Origin: Cyanidioschyzon merolae
Lineage: Eukaryota
Assembly: GCA_000091205.1 (NCBI GenBank)
Contig: AP006492.2
Direction: 5' to 3' (one strand)
Length of the DNA: 64,000 nucleotides
Each line of letters starts with the position of its first letter. Within the stretch, counting starts at the first letter, position 1. Positions 46,870 through 57,849 of this stretch are shown in pieces. The notes beneath the pieces were generated by a model. It had not been told where the DNA came from and ran no database searches. It saw only the letters and a list, made by a program, of their open reading frames with translations. The translations under genes and the position numbers were made by a program.

Positions 46870-47620
46870 TGTCTAGAGCATGTGGGTGTTCCTCTTGCCA
46901 TCAACTCCAGCCTCTGCGAGCGTTGACTTCGACGGCTTCCTTTTCCTATCTAATATCTCGGTCCTTAAACTTGCAGGTCGCTCCGTTCCATCCAGCTCAG
47001 GTGTCAGCAGTCGAAGGATATTGATGACAGCGCCCGTTTGCTGATTCTCGTGCCTCCGGATCTTCTTCCCGCATTCCATGGACGCACGGAGTTTGCGATC
47101 TGCACTTACCCTCCCGGTTTCGTCTTCTTTGTAGACACCCTCGGAGCGCCCTTCGCACCAGTGGCACTTGGCTGTGGTCAACCGTACCCATACATCCGCC
47201 AAACATCCTCGTTCGATTGCCGGCCCGCGGCTCGTCAACCCTTGCTTCGTCACCCTACACATGTATTCGACTGGTATAGGATGCTCCCTGCGATGCCCTC
47301 CTCCATTTCCGCACCCGGTGCTGTACCCAGCGATCACGGGTTTCTTCAAGACAATCCCGTAGAAAAGTACTCTGTCCGCTACACACGCAAGCGCACGCAA
47401 GCACACGGTGTTCCATTCGATAAAGTATTTGTGGAACGCTGTTATGCACAGGATCACACAAAGGCTGGAAGGAAAATCAGACAAGCAGAGCAAGTCGAGA
47501 ACTTTCGATTCATCTGCGTTCCCGGTGCATCAAGTAGAACCGCAAGCTCTATTGGAAGCGATCGCTGCGATGACTTACGTCCGAGTCCAAGAACATATGC
47601 CATTCAAACAGCTTGAATGG
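46870..47620 (-). pseudogene. Family-B TnpB-like fragment B2 (RuvC-II-like through RuvC-III-like), on the minus strand.
   Basis: ORF 46873..47493(-) reads 'VIAGYSTGCGNGGGH..PIPVEYMCRVTKQG...VWVRLTTAKCHWCEGR...SMECGKK...ENQQTGAVINILRLL'. The pattern is YK..G, then TSxxCxxCG, then CxxC, then a degenerate 'NAA.NIL'. It is homologous to family A ('VVAYGGGH', 'AYKEYAHRF'). Confidence 0.5.
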
Positions 47621-48654
47621 GTCTGCAGGCAACGTACCCCATGAGAGCCATTTTGCTGCTGAGGAATCGCATATCATAGATGGCTACGTGAAGCGGAGGC
47701 TTTGTCTATCGAACGGAATCGATTACTTCACGTGAGCAGCCCATTGAACATCGGCCATGATCTTGTAGAGCAGTCATCAAGTGCAGACGTCGTGTTTTTG
47801 TTTCCTCGTGGATGCATCGGCCCGTGATTCTGGGCCTACGAGTTTCCTTGAGAAAGCAAGATCGAAAATGGAGAATGTTTGACATGAGGATGCGACACGC
47901 ACGGAAATTAGAAGAGTGAACGCTCGTATTTCTGAACCGGATAATAATGTCATTTGTGTTATGAACCGTTATTCGTGGGCTTTGCAAAATATCTTGGTAC
48001 CCGTGATGAGACGCATTGCATAGGAGAAGACTCGATAGGACCTCCGCAAAGACGAATGAGATCCCTGCAACTGCTTATGAATCCATAAGTCCTTATTGCT
48101 GCTCGTTGAATGCCGAGGCTGTACATCCCAGAAAATTTCGGAACAAATCGAAATGCAGGAAGAAAGCAGTCAGTTCGATTTCCATTTTTACGCGGGACGA
48201 GTGTTTGAGCAGTTCTTCGCGCCGAGTAGCGGTCCCTCCATCGGTTCTGACCCGGCTCGATCCACAAATGGCTTCGTTGCCCTAGCTGTAATGGCCGTTT
48301 TTTAAGTATTTCGCCAACAATACAATGGTATATTATCTTGCAGAATACTCGAACCCTCGTCCAGCCTGAATCGAAAATTCTGCAAAGTGTATCACGCGCA
48401 TTATGCACCTCATCCCCAACTCGTAGCGTCATATCAGGCGGCAGTGCAATGGTCGCATAAGCACTACGTCCAAGCGGAAACGACCGAAATAGTCAGCTAG
48501 ATGGCGCGTTCCCGTCAAGATCATCTTATCTTCCGACAAGAATATCCAAGTACACTTCACTCTACACGCTTTGGGTTAAGTACGACCCAGATTGAAGCCT
48601 CTGTGGAAGTTTAGGCGGGATCTTTTAGACGCTTTCTGGTATAGCTGCATCGCC

Positions 48655-50646
48655 CTAGTTTGCGCGCGCCGCTGGCCTCCCGTCCTTCACCATTTTGTAA
48701 ATTTTCTTACCCGCCAAATAGACGCAGCCAGCAACAGCGCCAATCAGGGCAGTGCCAGCAGCATACCGAAGCACTTGTCTTGTAACTGTGCTCTTTGACT
48801 CCATTTGTGGCCTGCCCGTGGGTGTCAAACAAAGCATCGCCACGGATGAATATACCTGCACAGGAGGGCTCTCACGGAAAGATATTTTTGTCGGCAACGA
48901 TAGACCCTCATCCATACAGAACTTCGAGGGACTGTCCGGCCACTCCTGTTCTACAGCGGGAAGATCTTGCTTGCTAGCCAGTATTAGGCACGGCAAATCG
49001 GGTCGTATCGTTCTGAGCGCCCCAAATAATCGCGCAACGTATCCGAACGATGAGGCATCGCTTAAATCGTAGATTAGGACGGCTGCGTCACATGACTCTA
49101 TCTCCCTCTCTGACGCCAGGAATTCATCCACCACATGGTCCGAAATCTCCGTGAGTACGAGGGTCCTTGTCAACACTCGGGGCTCAGTCGCAGATCCTGT
49201 ATTCGGAAGTGCAATTTTCAGGGATGCTGAAGCAGCAAGTCGACCTTTCGTGTGGGCAAGGTTTTCACTGAAACGCCTCCCAACAAAAGCTCGCAAAAAA
49301 CTAGTCTTCCCGGCCCCGGTTGGCCCCAGAATGCATGCATGCAGCACAGTGCGTGACGAGATCGTAGCGCGGCGCTCGCGGCGTCGGCGCTTCGTGACTC
49401 GTACCGCGGACAATGCGTCCCCGTCGTATCCAACGTATATGAGATTCAGCAGAGCGAGCTCTGGGTCAGCAAGGAATCGCTGGCACCAGCAGCTGATAAA
49501 TCCTTCCAGTTCAAGATGGCCCTTCGGATTCAGCCGGGTGAGAACAGGATACTGCGTTCCAACTGCCTCGGTGTTCGACTCGTTCTCGACTCCGAGGTAG
49601 AGATGGAAGCTCACGTCCGGCGGCACAGGGCTGAAAACCTCTGCTAGCTCCGTTGGTGAGAGTGCATTGTCCTTGTCGGCATCACAGAGCCCGAAGATGC
49701 GCTCCAGAAACTTGAGACAATGCTCCGTCATTTCTATGCTTTGATCTGGCTGGCGGCGCAGTTCAGGTACAACCTGTGCCAGGTTCAGCCGGAGATCGTC
49801 GTCGTACCCGAAACGCCGAAATACCGTCCAGCAAGTCTCTGCTCGTCCCTTGATAATGAAGAGAGTGTGCAAGTAAAGAAACCCATCAAAAGTGAGATTC
49901 CCGTCCGCGTCTAGCCCGCTCCGAGCATTCTCGCGCACGACGTTTTTGACTCCGACGAGCTCCTCGTTTCGCAAATGAACATTAAAGCACTTGAACTGAA
50001 ACTCATTCAACTCGTGATCATTCAGTTTTCCATCATGATCCGCATCACATAAGCGGAAAATCCGCTTCAGGGCGGCAACGGCAAGCGGTTTCAGCCGATG
50101 TTCCTTGACGTCATATATTGGTGCAGTTGGATGCAAGACAGCCTTTTGCGCAAAGTAAAATACCTCGGCTACGTTAAAAAGCTGCTTGGAAGATGCTTCG
50201 ATGCACGTTTCCAAATTTTTGTACTCGTTCATAATAGGCATGATTTCGTTTTCTAAGGAATACGATGGGTTCTCGGCCGAGCCCCCGCGCAGATCCATTT
50301 TATTACCCACAAGAATAACGGGCACATCCAGACGCAGTCGGTCGAATTCGTGTAGCCAGAACGAGCGGACACGTTGCAGAGCATCTTTCTTTGATACATC
50401 GTACACAAGGACGATAACGTCGGCCCTCAGAAGTTCCCCCTCCAGCTGGGCCTTGTCTGCTGGTTTTGAGGACGTGTCCACAATAGACACGTGCACTCTC
50501 TCAGGAACGACCTCCGGAGGGATCACAACCACCGGAAGCGTCGGGGGCACCTCATTATCAAACTCTTCGGAGATCAAAGTCTTGATCAGCGAGGTCTTTC
50601 CTGCGGAGTGGTCTCCGACCACCACGATTCGAACAGACTCCTTCAT
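48655..50646 (-). CDS. MIRO: Mitochondrial Rho GTPase (Miro/Gem1): two GTPase domains flanking two EF-hand pairs, with a C-terminal TM anchor.
   Basis: GTPase domain 1 carries 'VRIVVVGDHSAGKTSLIKTLISEEF...EVPPTLPVVVIPPEVVPERVHVSIVDTS' and 'VILVGNKMDL'. The EF-hands are 'LCDADHDGKLNDHELNEFQ' and 'LCDADKDNALSPTELAEVF'. GTPase domain 2 carries 'ACILGPTGAGKTSFLRAFVGRRF'. The C-terminal TM segment is 'ALIGAVAGCVYLAG'. The first ATG has its reverse complement at 50644-50646. The ORF-track start at 50661 is TTG. Confidence 0.85.
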   Translation of the reverse strand: MKESVRIVVVGDHSAGKTSLIKTLISEEFDNEVPPTLPVVVIPPEVVPERVHVSIVDTSSKPADKAQLEGELLRADVIVLVYDVSKKDALQRVRSFWLHEFDRLRLDVPVILVGNKMDLRGGSAENPSYSLENEIMPIMNEYKNLETCIEASSKQLFNVAEVFYFAQKAVLHPTAPIYDVKEHRLKPLAVAALKRIFRLCDADHDGKLNDHELNEFQFKCFNVHLRNEELVGVKNVVRENARSGLDADGNLTFDGFLYLHTLFIIKGRAETCWTVFRRFGYDDDLRLNLAQVVPELRRQPDQSIEMTEHCLKFLERIFGLCDADKDNALSPTELAEVFSPVPPDVSFHLYLGVENESNTEAVGTQYPVLTRLNPKGHLELEGFISCWCQRFLADPELALLNLIYVGYDGDALSAVRVTKRRRRERRATISSRTVLHACILGPTGAGKTSFLRAFVGRRFSENLAHTKGRLAASASLKIALPNTGSATEPRVLTRTLVLTEISDHVVDEFLASEREIESCDAAVLIYDLSDASSFGYVARLFGALRTIRPDLPCLILASKQDLPAVEQEWPDSPSKFCMDEGLSLPTKISFRESPPVQVYSSVAMLCLTPTGRPQMESKSTVTRQVLRYAAGTALIGAVAGCVYLAGKKIYKMVKDGRPAARAN

Positions 50647-53600
50647 AGATCCAGTGGCCAACCGATTGTCAAACTTAGAGGGTCAAGGTGCGTTCCAATA
50701 CAGCCCTCGAGCCACGTTTCGAGGCTATATAGGTCCTTGTGCCACGGAGATGTCAAAGATTGCCACGAACTAGCTTGAGCGTTCGTGGAACCTTCAGTGG
50801 TGCGTTGGCCCAGAGCAATCGTCAACCAAAAGTTTACTGCACCACAAACCGTGACGACTCGCTAGAAGACTGAGCGATTTCCTTGCGAAAAGCGGAAGCA
50901 ACTTTACCTTGCGAGCAATAGGAAAGGTGGTCGCGAAGCCGGTGCTGTGAATGCTGTTCAGGGAGTAGAGACGACGGCTGCTTACGTAGCGGCAAGTTCA
51001 TGATCTGGACATAAGGCAAGAATAAAATGTACATTTTGGACATTGACGTCGTTCCCGCCAGGAACATCCATGCACGTTATTGCAGCAGACATTTCCGAGA
51101 GAAGAACTTGCTTCACGAGGTTCAGCTTAAAATCGTTGGCCCCAGCTCGCAAAGTTTCCATTCCTGCCACCTGTGTAGTCTTCGTTGTGCCTCGAGCTGA
51201 CGCACGCAAGTACATAGCGACCGGTGCGAATACTCCAGAATTGCAGCATGTGCTCACGCCAGGCGCGGTAAGTGAACGGTTCGCTGAATCGAACGTCACC
51301 GTATCCCTGTCGGGAACACTCGCCTGCGGTAGGCGCACTGTAGAAGCCTCTGGGGAAGAACACACGTCTTTTGTCGGGTTGGTACAAGCAATAGCGCTTT
51401 TAAACCTGTGTCATATTGAAATAGAAAAATGAACTGCTCTCTCTGTTCCTGCCTTGCGATTGTTTTCCGAACTGGCTAGGGAATAATTTCTCAAAATTCG
51501 ACGCACAGAAATTACAGGTTAAAGATCTACACGCAGTTCTTGGATCCTCGCACGCCTTTTTCGAGTTGCTGCCTCGAAGCCTTGCCGCTGGAATTCGTTC
51601 ATTCATCGAATTCAAGATGATTCGCGAAGCCCACGAACAGTGGTTCGTCAAATAATCGATATCATCGCCCAACTCATACTTAAAAGCTTCTACTGCTCTA
51701 ACTTGCCTAGGTTTAACGTGTTCAAATGACGCATGCTCGAAATTTTCGATCTTTTTGCTTCAAGGCAGCATGCAAGTGCAGAAATTCGCGCCGCAGCATT
51801 GACGAGGATGAAAACTCGACATCGTCTCGTAACGGCTTCTCCACAAACTCATGCCAAAGAATCGATTTCGTTCGAAAGAAAAAAAAAAGTAGCCACGCTC
51901 TGTGGTATTCGATTAAAAGGCATTCCATGGCAGCATGAAACTTGCCAAGCAATCCATTTAAAGAGACTCTTTTTTCCTCTACATGGATGGAAATGGGTCT
52001 TGAACCCGGAATTCAGACACCGCAGCGATTGCTTCCAATGGGGACTACGTCGCCGCTCTGCAGAAAGAGAGCGCAGATAAATCGAAGCTTCTTGGGTTGA
52101 TCTTTAGTCTGGGTTTTCCTTCTGGTAGTTATTTCACTACAGACGACATTGTGTTCCTCAAATCCTATATTCAGTGGAGCAGCCTGCGCTTGCGCGTTCA
52201 GCGGACATGGCATCTACCGAGGGACTGCCATGAAAAAGCTTGCGATAGTATACTACGGCACTGCGCGCGTATAATGAGCGGGGTATCAAGGACGCTTTCA
52301 GTATTCGTTATAGGTATGAACCGGGCGATGAAGTAGGCGTACATGCACCAAAGAGGAGCCCTTTGAGGAGGGGCTGTCATGGACATTAGGGAACACCTGA
52401 AGATAACCATGTGTCTTTGCTACGAAAGGTGCTCCGAGATAGCATAAAAAGAGGATGAAAATGACATGCAATGCATAGATCGCATCTATGCTCCGTTCAA
52501 AAATGCTTTGGCAACAGCCGGAATTGACGTAATCCAGACTTTATCGTTGCCTTTAACGTTTTTTCTGTCGATAACGGAGCTCGGAAGTCTGTAATACCGC
52601 CTTATTTGAAGCGTATGTGAGAGAGATGACCAGGAAGCATTCGTAAAAAGAAGCTTATACGTGCTACTGTTATAGACAGTTGTAAAAGACACGATTTTTC
52701 TAGCGTATGCTCATAGCGGATGACTCGTTCATTTTTATTTTTACATGTTTGTAGAGGATTCTGCTGTAAATCACTGATCTCACACAAGAGCAAATGCGTC
52801 CTCCAAGGAACCTGTGACAACTCCCAACGTGTTCAACGTCCGGCATTCGTCGCCGAGGCTGCACAGACTGTGTTACCATGAAGCAACATAGTTCTTATCC
52901 TTTGGCATACATTCGCAGTATATTAGAACTTTGGGCATCATAAATCAACATGTTTGGCGAAGCTTGACCATAGATTCATGTTACTCAGGTTGTGCACCCC
53001 TTGCAGAAGATGCAAACTTTTTGAGCATGGCGACGTACTCCGGCGGCGTACGAGTGCGTTATCGCTTTAACATTAGTTTCCGTCGACGTTCCATTGAGTA
53101 GCGACATGAACTCGATCGTTCGTTCGTACCCTGAAACAGACCAGCAGGACCGGACTGTGTAGACGAGGCAAGAAGCGCTATGTGAAAGCATTTACGTATA
53201 TTTTACCCTGTCATCGAGGTGCTGTACAAAAAGACAGCGAAATTACAACTGTTTCTGTTCCTTTGTTGAAGAGTATCCCACCAGCATTCAATAAGACAGG
53301 ATTTGTGTCCAGGTATTGGGTAAGGGATCGCCCTAAATGTGATAAAACGGAGAGGCTCCTGTACATAGTGATGTTGAATAGCAGAACACTACTGTGGTTC
53401 ACGAGTATTCCCGAAAAATTTCTCCCGGTGTATATCTACGGCGCTCCGGTCTTGGCAAAATGCTGAACTGAACCGTCCCTGTGCCATGGCCGAAGCGAGA
53501 ACCCAATGACCTCTCTCCTGATCACTGCTTCTTTTCATCGAAAGTCTTCAGTGTTTCTTCGAACTGCTCACACCTAGTACTGAAATATTTCCGCAAAATC

Positions 53601-55309
53601 TCGCCAGATGCAAAGCCGCTGGACATTGCAGAAGCACCAGACATTGCCGGATATTGATCAGGGCGTTCAAGTCTCGGTGTAGAAAAGTGCTTTCGTGCTG
53701 CGTCGCTGGTGAAATCCCATCTCAGCAATCCGTTCACATGTGATTGCCTCGCCGTCTGTCCTTCTGTTAGCGTACCGTACAGCATGCAGAGCATCTGGCT
53801 CTGTTTCACGCTCTTGTTCTCTAACTGATTCAGCATACAAGCGTGCTTGTGATGAATGTACGTCGTCTCGTAGTCATAGACGGAGATCGTACAATATCGA
53901 TTCCTGTGGTCTTTGAACGCTTCGGCAGCGGGCGCGAGCGTGCAGTATTCACGCTCTACAGCACGTGCAGCAATCTAGGCTTCCTTAAACCGACGCGGTA
54001 TGTTGGCAAGTTTTGCGTCCAACGAAGTGAATATGTTGGGAAATGTGCACCTGATGTACCCGTACACGCGGAAGCGCTGGCGAACCCAGCCCGATCGCAT
54101 GCACCCCCACCCGTGCCCGAAACCGTCCATATGAGCCATTTGGACGCTCATGTAAGCTATGAATGAAGCGCCCAGAGCGTTTCCCCTGTTCGATACAGGG
54201 CAGGGAACGTCGCGATGGGTCCTGACACCATCATTCGACCGGTGGTTGTACCTCGTGGCCTCCATCACGTCCCATTCCCAATGAAACCGAATCCAGGAAA
54301 ATCAGATTGTATGGTACGTTCAGCGCCGAGCACCAGTTGTTGCACAAAGGAGTTATCGAAAGATACCACAGCGATGTGTGCAGCAGGCATGCCCTGCGTC
54401 ATGAACGCCCCCGAGGAGGTGCTCGTCAATCTCCGTACAAGCGCGGAAGCTGTCCGAGGTAAATTCGAATAGAAGGCTATGCAAATCCGAATGGCGTTAT
54501 GCATGACAAGTTTTAAAAGATTCCCGCAGTTGATGTGTTTGGGTAGTGAGGCCTCGAAAAGTGTTTCAGCCTGGTCATTCCGATTTTGCAGGGGCTTACT
54601 TGCTGTCACCTCTCGTCCTCTTCTCGAGAGGATCCTTCTTTTTCTGGAAGTTTCTTCTCCTTCACCTTAAGTTGACGGCGCCGCATGAATGTTGCCGTTA
54701 TATTCAATATCCGTTTTTTTCGGATTCCAGACGCTCTGGATGGACGGCGGCACTGAGTCTTGCCTTTACTATGCATGTAGCGACTGTTCTTCAAGAACGT
54801 TTCCTCATGCTCTCCGTCGCGAGGGCGACAACGGCCCGACGCGTGCCCCTCCGCCTGCTCCGGTGCTCGAGTGGATGTGCAACACAGCAGTCCACGGCTA
54901 CTCAAAGCAGAGAACGCTACACCGAAGGACACGTCTTCACGGATGAGAGCAGCTCTTCTTTTGATCCGCGAGCATAAAAAAGGAGGTTTACGGCAGAAAA
55001 GACGTTTTCGACTGGATTTTTCGATGGAGAACATACTGGCACGAAGAGCAACTCCACGCCGATCGTAGCTGCTTCCTCTCTGTCCGGTTGCGATTGATGG
55101 AAAGCGGCATTGTCTGAGAGCGAAACAGATGGATCTGGAGCGCAGAAGCTCTATAATGGTTCGACGTAGCAAAATGTGCTGAACCGTGGTGTCGGTCGAG
55201 CGGTTCGTCGTTGACTCACGAATGCATCGCCGATGAGTCTCGTTTTGTGGCCATGCGGACTTGGCTCTTCTTTAATAACAGCCGTGAGCCTCTCTTTGAA
55301 TTCCCATAT

Positions 55310-55760
55310 GCATGTCTGGCTCTTCTCCCGAATGAATTCTTATCGAGTGCGACGAGCAGCCGTCTCTCTTGGACTCAGCGTTGACGTTTCAGTGTGAAAT
55401 CGATCAAGCGCTATTCAACGCGCGACGGTGTCGCGCAGAAATGTGCTTTTCGCCTCGGCCACCAGCGTCTCTTCATCACCGTACGTGTCAACGGTTAGGA
55501 AACTTAGTATCCTGTTGATTATTCAGCAGAATTCATTAGAAAGCTTACGGAGTGAAATGGAATGACGAGGAGACAGCCGTGCAGGCACTGTTTGATGAGA
55601 TATGTTTCTTTGGCATGACATTCAGAATAAGAACTACAAGAAGGGTCGCTTATCCATCTGCTGACCTTAGAATGATTGAATTCTATAAGTAAAGCAGCTT
55701 TTCGCAAGCCAGCGACGACAGCAAAGCATCTTTCCGCGACCTTTTTCCAATAAAAACAAG
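55310..55760. repeat. Family-C non-coding repeat, copy 2.
   Basis: See 37780-38230. Confidence 0.5.
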
Positions 55761-56246
55761 AAATGCCTTGTGTTATATACCTGAGAGAACAAAAAACGAA
55801 CACAATAAGAGCCTAGTGGTATAATTATTCCAGAATCCGCTGCTCTAAATATATCTGCTAGCATGCTGGTGCTGTCGCGAGGCGCGAACGCTTTGTGTAG
55901 AGACCTCATGCGGTATCATGACGACCTTTTCACTTTTCCGGGAGAATGTGAACATCCTGGTATTTGGCAGCGGAGTAGCCAAGCACTTTAGCAACTGAGC
56001 ATTATTCACAAACAGCAGGCGCGAGTACGCAGATTCGGTTTTTAATCTCCCAAGATAGTACAGAGGACAGGTACACGAAAGCGCAACTCTGACTTGGGCT
56101 CATTCCGAATACGTTTCTTATCATTACACGCAACCAAACCTTCAAAAATAACGTTTCGACGGGCCCAAAGTCTGCGATTCTTGTCATAGCTACAGCGCTT
56201 AGAGGCATCTGTGGGAAAGCTGGATAGCAACAGCGGATGTAGCGCC

Positions 56247-57590
56247 TCACGGCTTCGTCTCGATGAAAACATCGTTCTTCGCCGTGGCAGTCTCATACCA
56301 AGACAAAAGTTGAGAAAAGCGCTGCTCAGCTCGCACGACAACTTCCCTCAGGTTTGCCTCGAAAGGTTTGTCTCCGTGCGTGCCCAGTAGATCCTGATCT
56401 GATAGACCACACCCAGGAGATTTAACCTCGCCCAGGAAGACGTGATAAGGCTGTAATCGCTGCCACGCGTCTACCTTGTTCAAAAACGGTGTATGTGCGT
56501 CTGGCTGGAGAACTTTCACGTAATCTCTTGTAGGTGCCATCTCAAGTCGCCGACGCTTGTGAGCTAGCTCCGTATCGGAAGCGAAGATAGTGCACTTTGG
56601 GGTTCGAGGTAGATCTGACGGTTTTCGGTCTTGAAAAGGCATCAACAGCGCTTCGTCGAAAACTTGATCCAGACCTTGGCGCTCAGGCTCACGAAAGAGA
56701 CTCGCCAACTCAGCGCCATAATGAAGCGCTTTTCTTATGGCTACTCGAGTCTCTCCAATACGCTGCTCCGCTTCTTCGCGCCGGAGCTTTTGCAGCGCGA
56801 GCGATATGTCATTTAGTGTTAAGTCATCTCGCTCTATGTGCTCTGTAGGCCGCGGTTTTTGCTCGGCGGCAAAAGATTGCGGTACTTTGTGCAACCCCTG
56901 TGCGTCTTGAATACCTAGAGCCGCATCGAGTTCCTCAAGGGCGACTTTGCTCCGAATAACTTCTGTCTCTGCCTGGTGTTGGAGCGCGAATAGCGCCTGT
57001 CGCGCGCGAAATAGATCAACTTCGAGCTTCCGTCGCGCGCCTTCGAGCTCCTCAAGAGAAGCGCTAACACTTGTCGTTGTACCGGATCGTTTTGCTCGAA
57101 TAGTTAATGTAATAGCGGCCAACTGTTGTTCCCGTCTTCGCAGAAACTCCTCCAATTGACTCTGGTCCGCCCTAAGACGCTCCGCAGGCGACCGGGCCGC
57201 CTTCGTCACGAACTCGTTCACGCTCGGCTTTGAACTAGACGCGTCTCGTAAACGTCCACTACTCCCCGAGACTCCGTCTAGCCCCGAGGAAAACTCACCT
57301 CTGCCCAAACTTGACAGCCCTGGCGAAGGAGGCGACCATCTCGGATCCGTCATACCAGCCGGAGAGTCGAACATCACTTGATCGGCGCTCCTGATGAGGC
57401 GACGTCTGCTTCGAGGTGATTGTAGCGGTGCACCGGAGCGCCGCCTGATGCGCTCCGTCGTCGACGCAACTGATGTCACGTGACATGGCGCTACTGCTGC
57501 CGCTTTTTTTCGTTTGACAAAACGTACATTGACCATGGATCCCGGATTACGGGATAGATGTGCATTGACCTTCGGGGAAGCGTCCAGCAT
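56247..57590 (-). CDS. Hypothetical protein of 447 aa with a central coiled-coil and a conserved-looking C-terminal globular region. No family assigned.
   Basis: ORF with an ATG start (reverse complement at 57588-57590). The coiled-coil is 'QLEEFLRRREQQLAAITLTIRAK...LEELEGARRKLEVDLFRARQALFALQHQAE'. The C-terminus includes 'LPRTPKCTIFASDTELAHKRRRLEMAPTRDYVKVLQPDAHTPFLNKVDAWQRLQPYHVFLGE'. Confidence 0.5.
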   Translation of the reverse strand: MLDASPKVNAHLSRNPGSMVNVRFVKRKKAAAVAPCHVTSVASTTERIRRRSGAPLQSPRSRRRLIRSADQVMFDSPAGMTDPRWSPPSPGLSSLGRGEFSSGLDGVSGSSGRLRDASSSKPSVNEFVTKAARSPAERLRADQSQLEEFLRRREQQLAAITLTIRAKRSGTTTSVSASLEELEGARRKLEVDLFRARQALFALQHQAETEVIRSKVALEELDAALGIQDAQGLHKVPQSFAAEQKPRPTEHIERDDLTLNDISLALQKLRREEAEQRIGETRVAIRKALHYGAELASLFREPERQGLDQVFDEALLMPFQDRKPSDLPRTPKCTIFASDTELAHKRRRLEMAPTRDYVKVLQPDAHTPFLNKVDAWQRLQPYHVFLGEVKSPGCGLSDQDLLGTHGDKPFEANLREVVVRAEQRFSQLLSWYETATAKNDVFIETKP

Positions 57591-57849
57591 GCTGCGCTAT
57601 ACTCACTCCCAAGTTCCACTACTTATACTTCCTTTCTTCTATAAAGCGCGCTTGATATGCGCTCCTTCATATCTGGCAGGTATAAGATACGGCGGGTATC
57701 TCGCCGTATGGGCGAATCGCAGTCCTGATCGTTCGCAGACTCGGCTGGAAACACGCGATGCCAAGTTCGGAGCGTACACTATTGCTGGTGGCCTTATTTT
57801 ATTCACGACAGTGGCATGGCATGGCGAGCTCAAGGAAGTAGCCCTAAAG

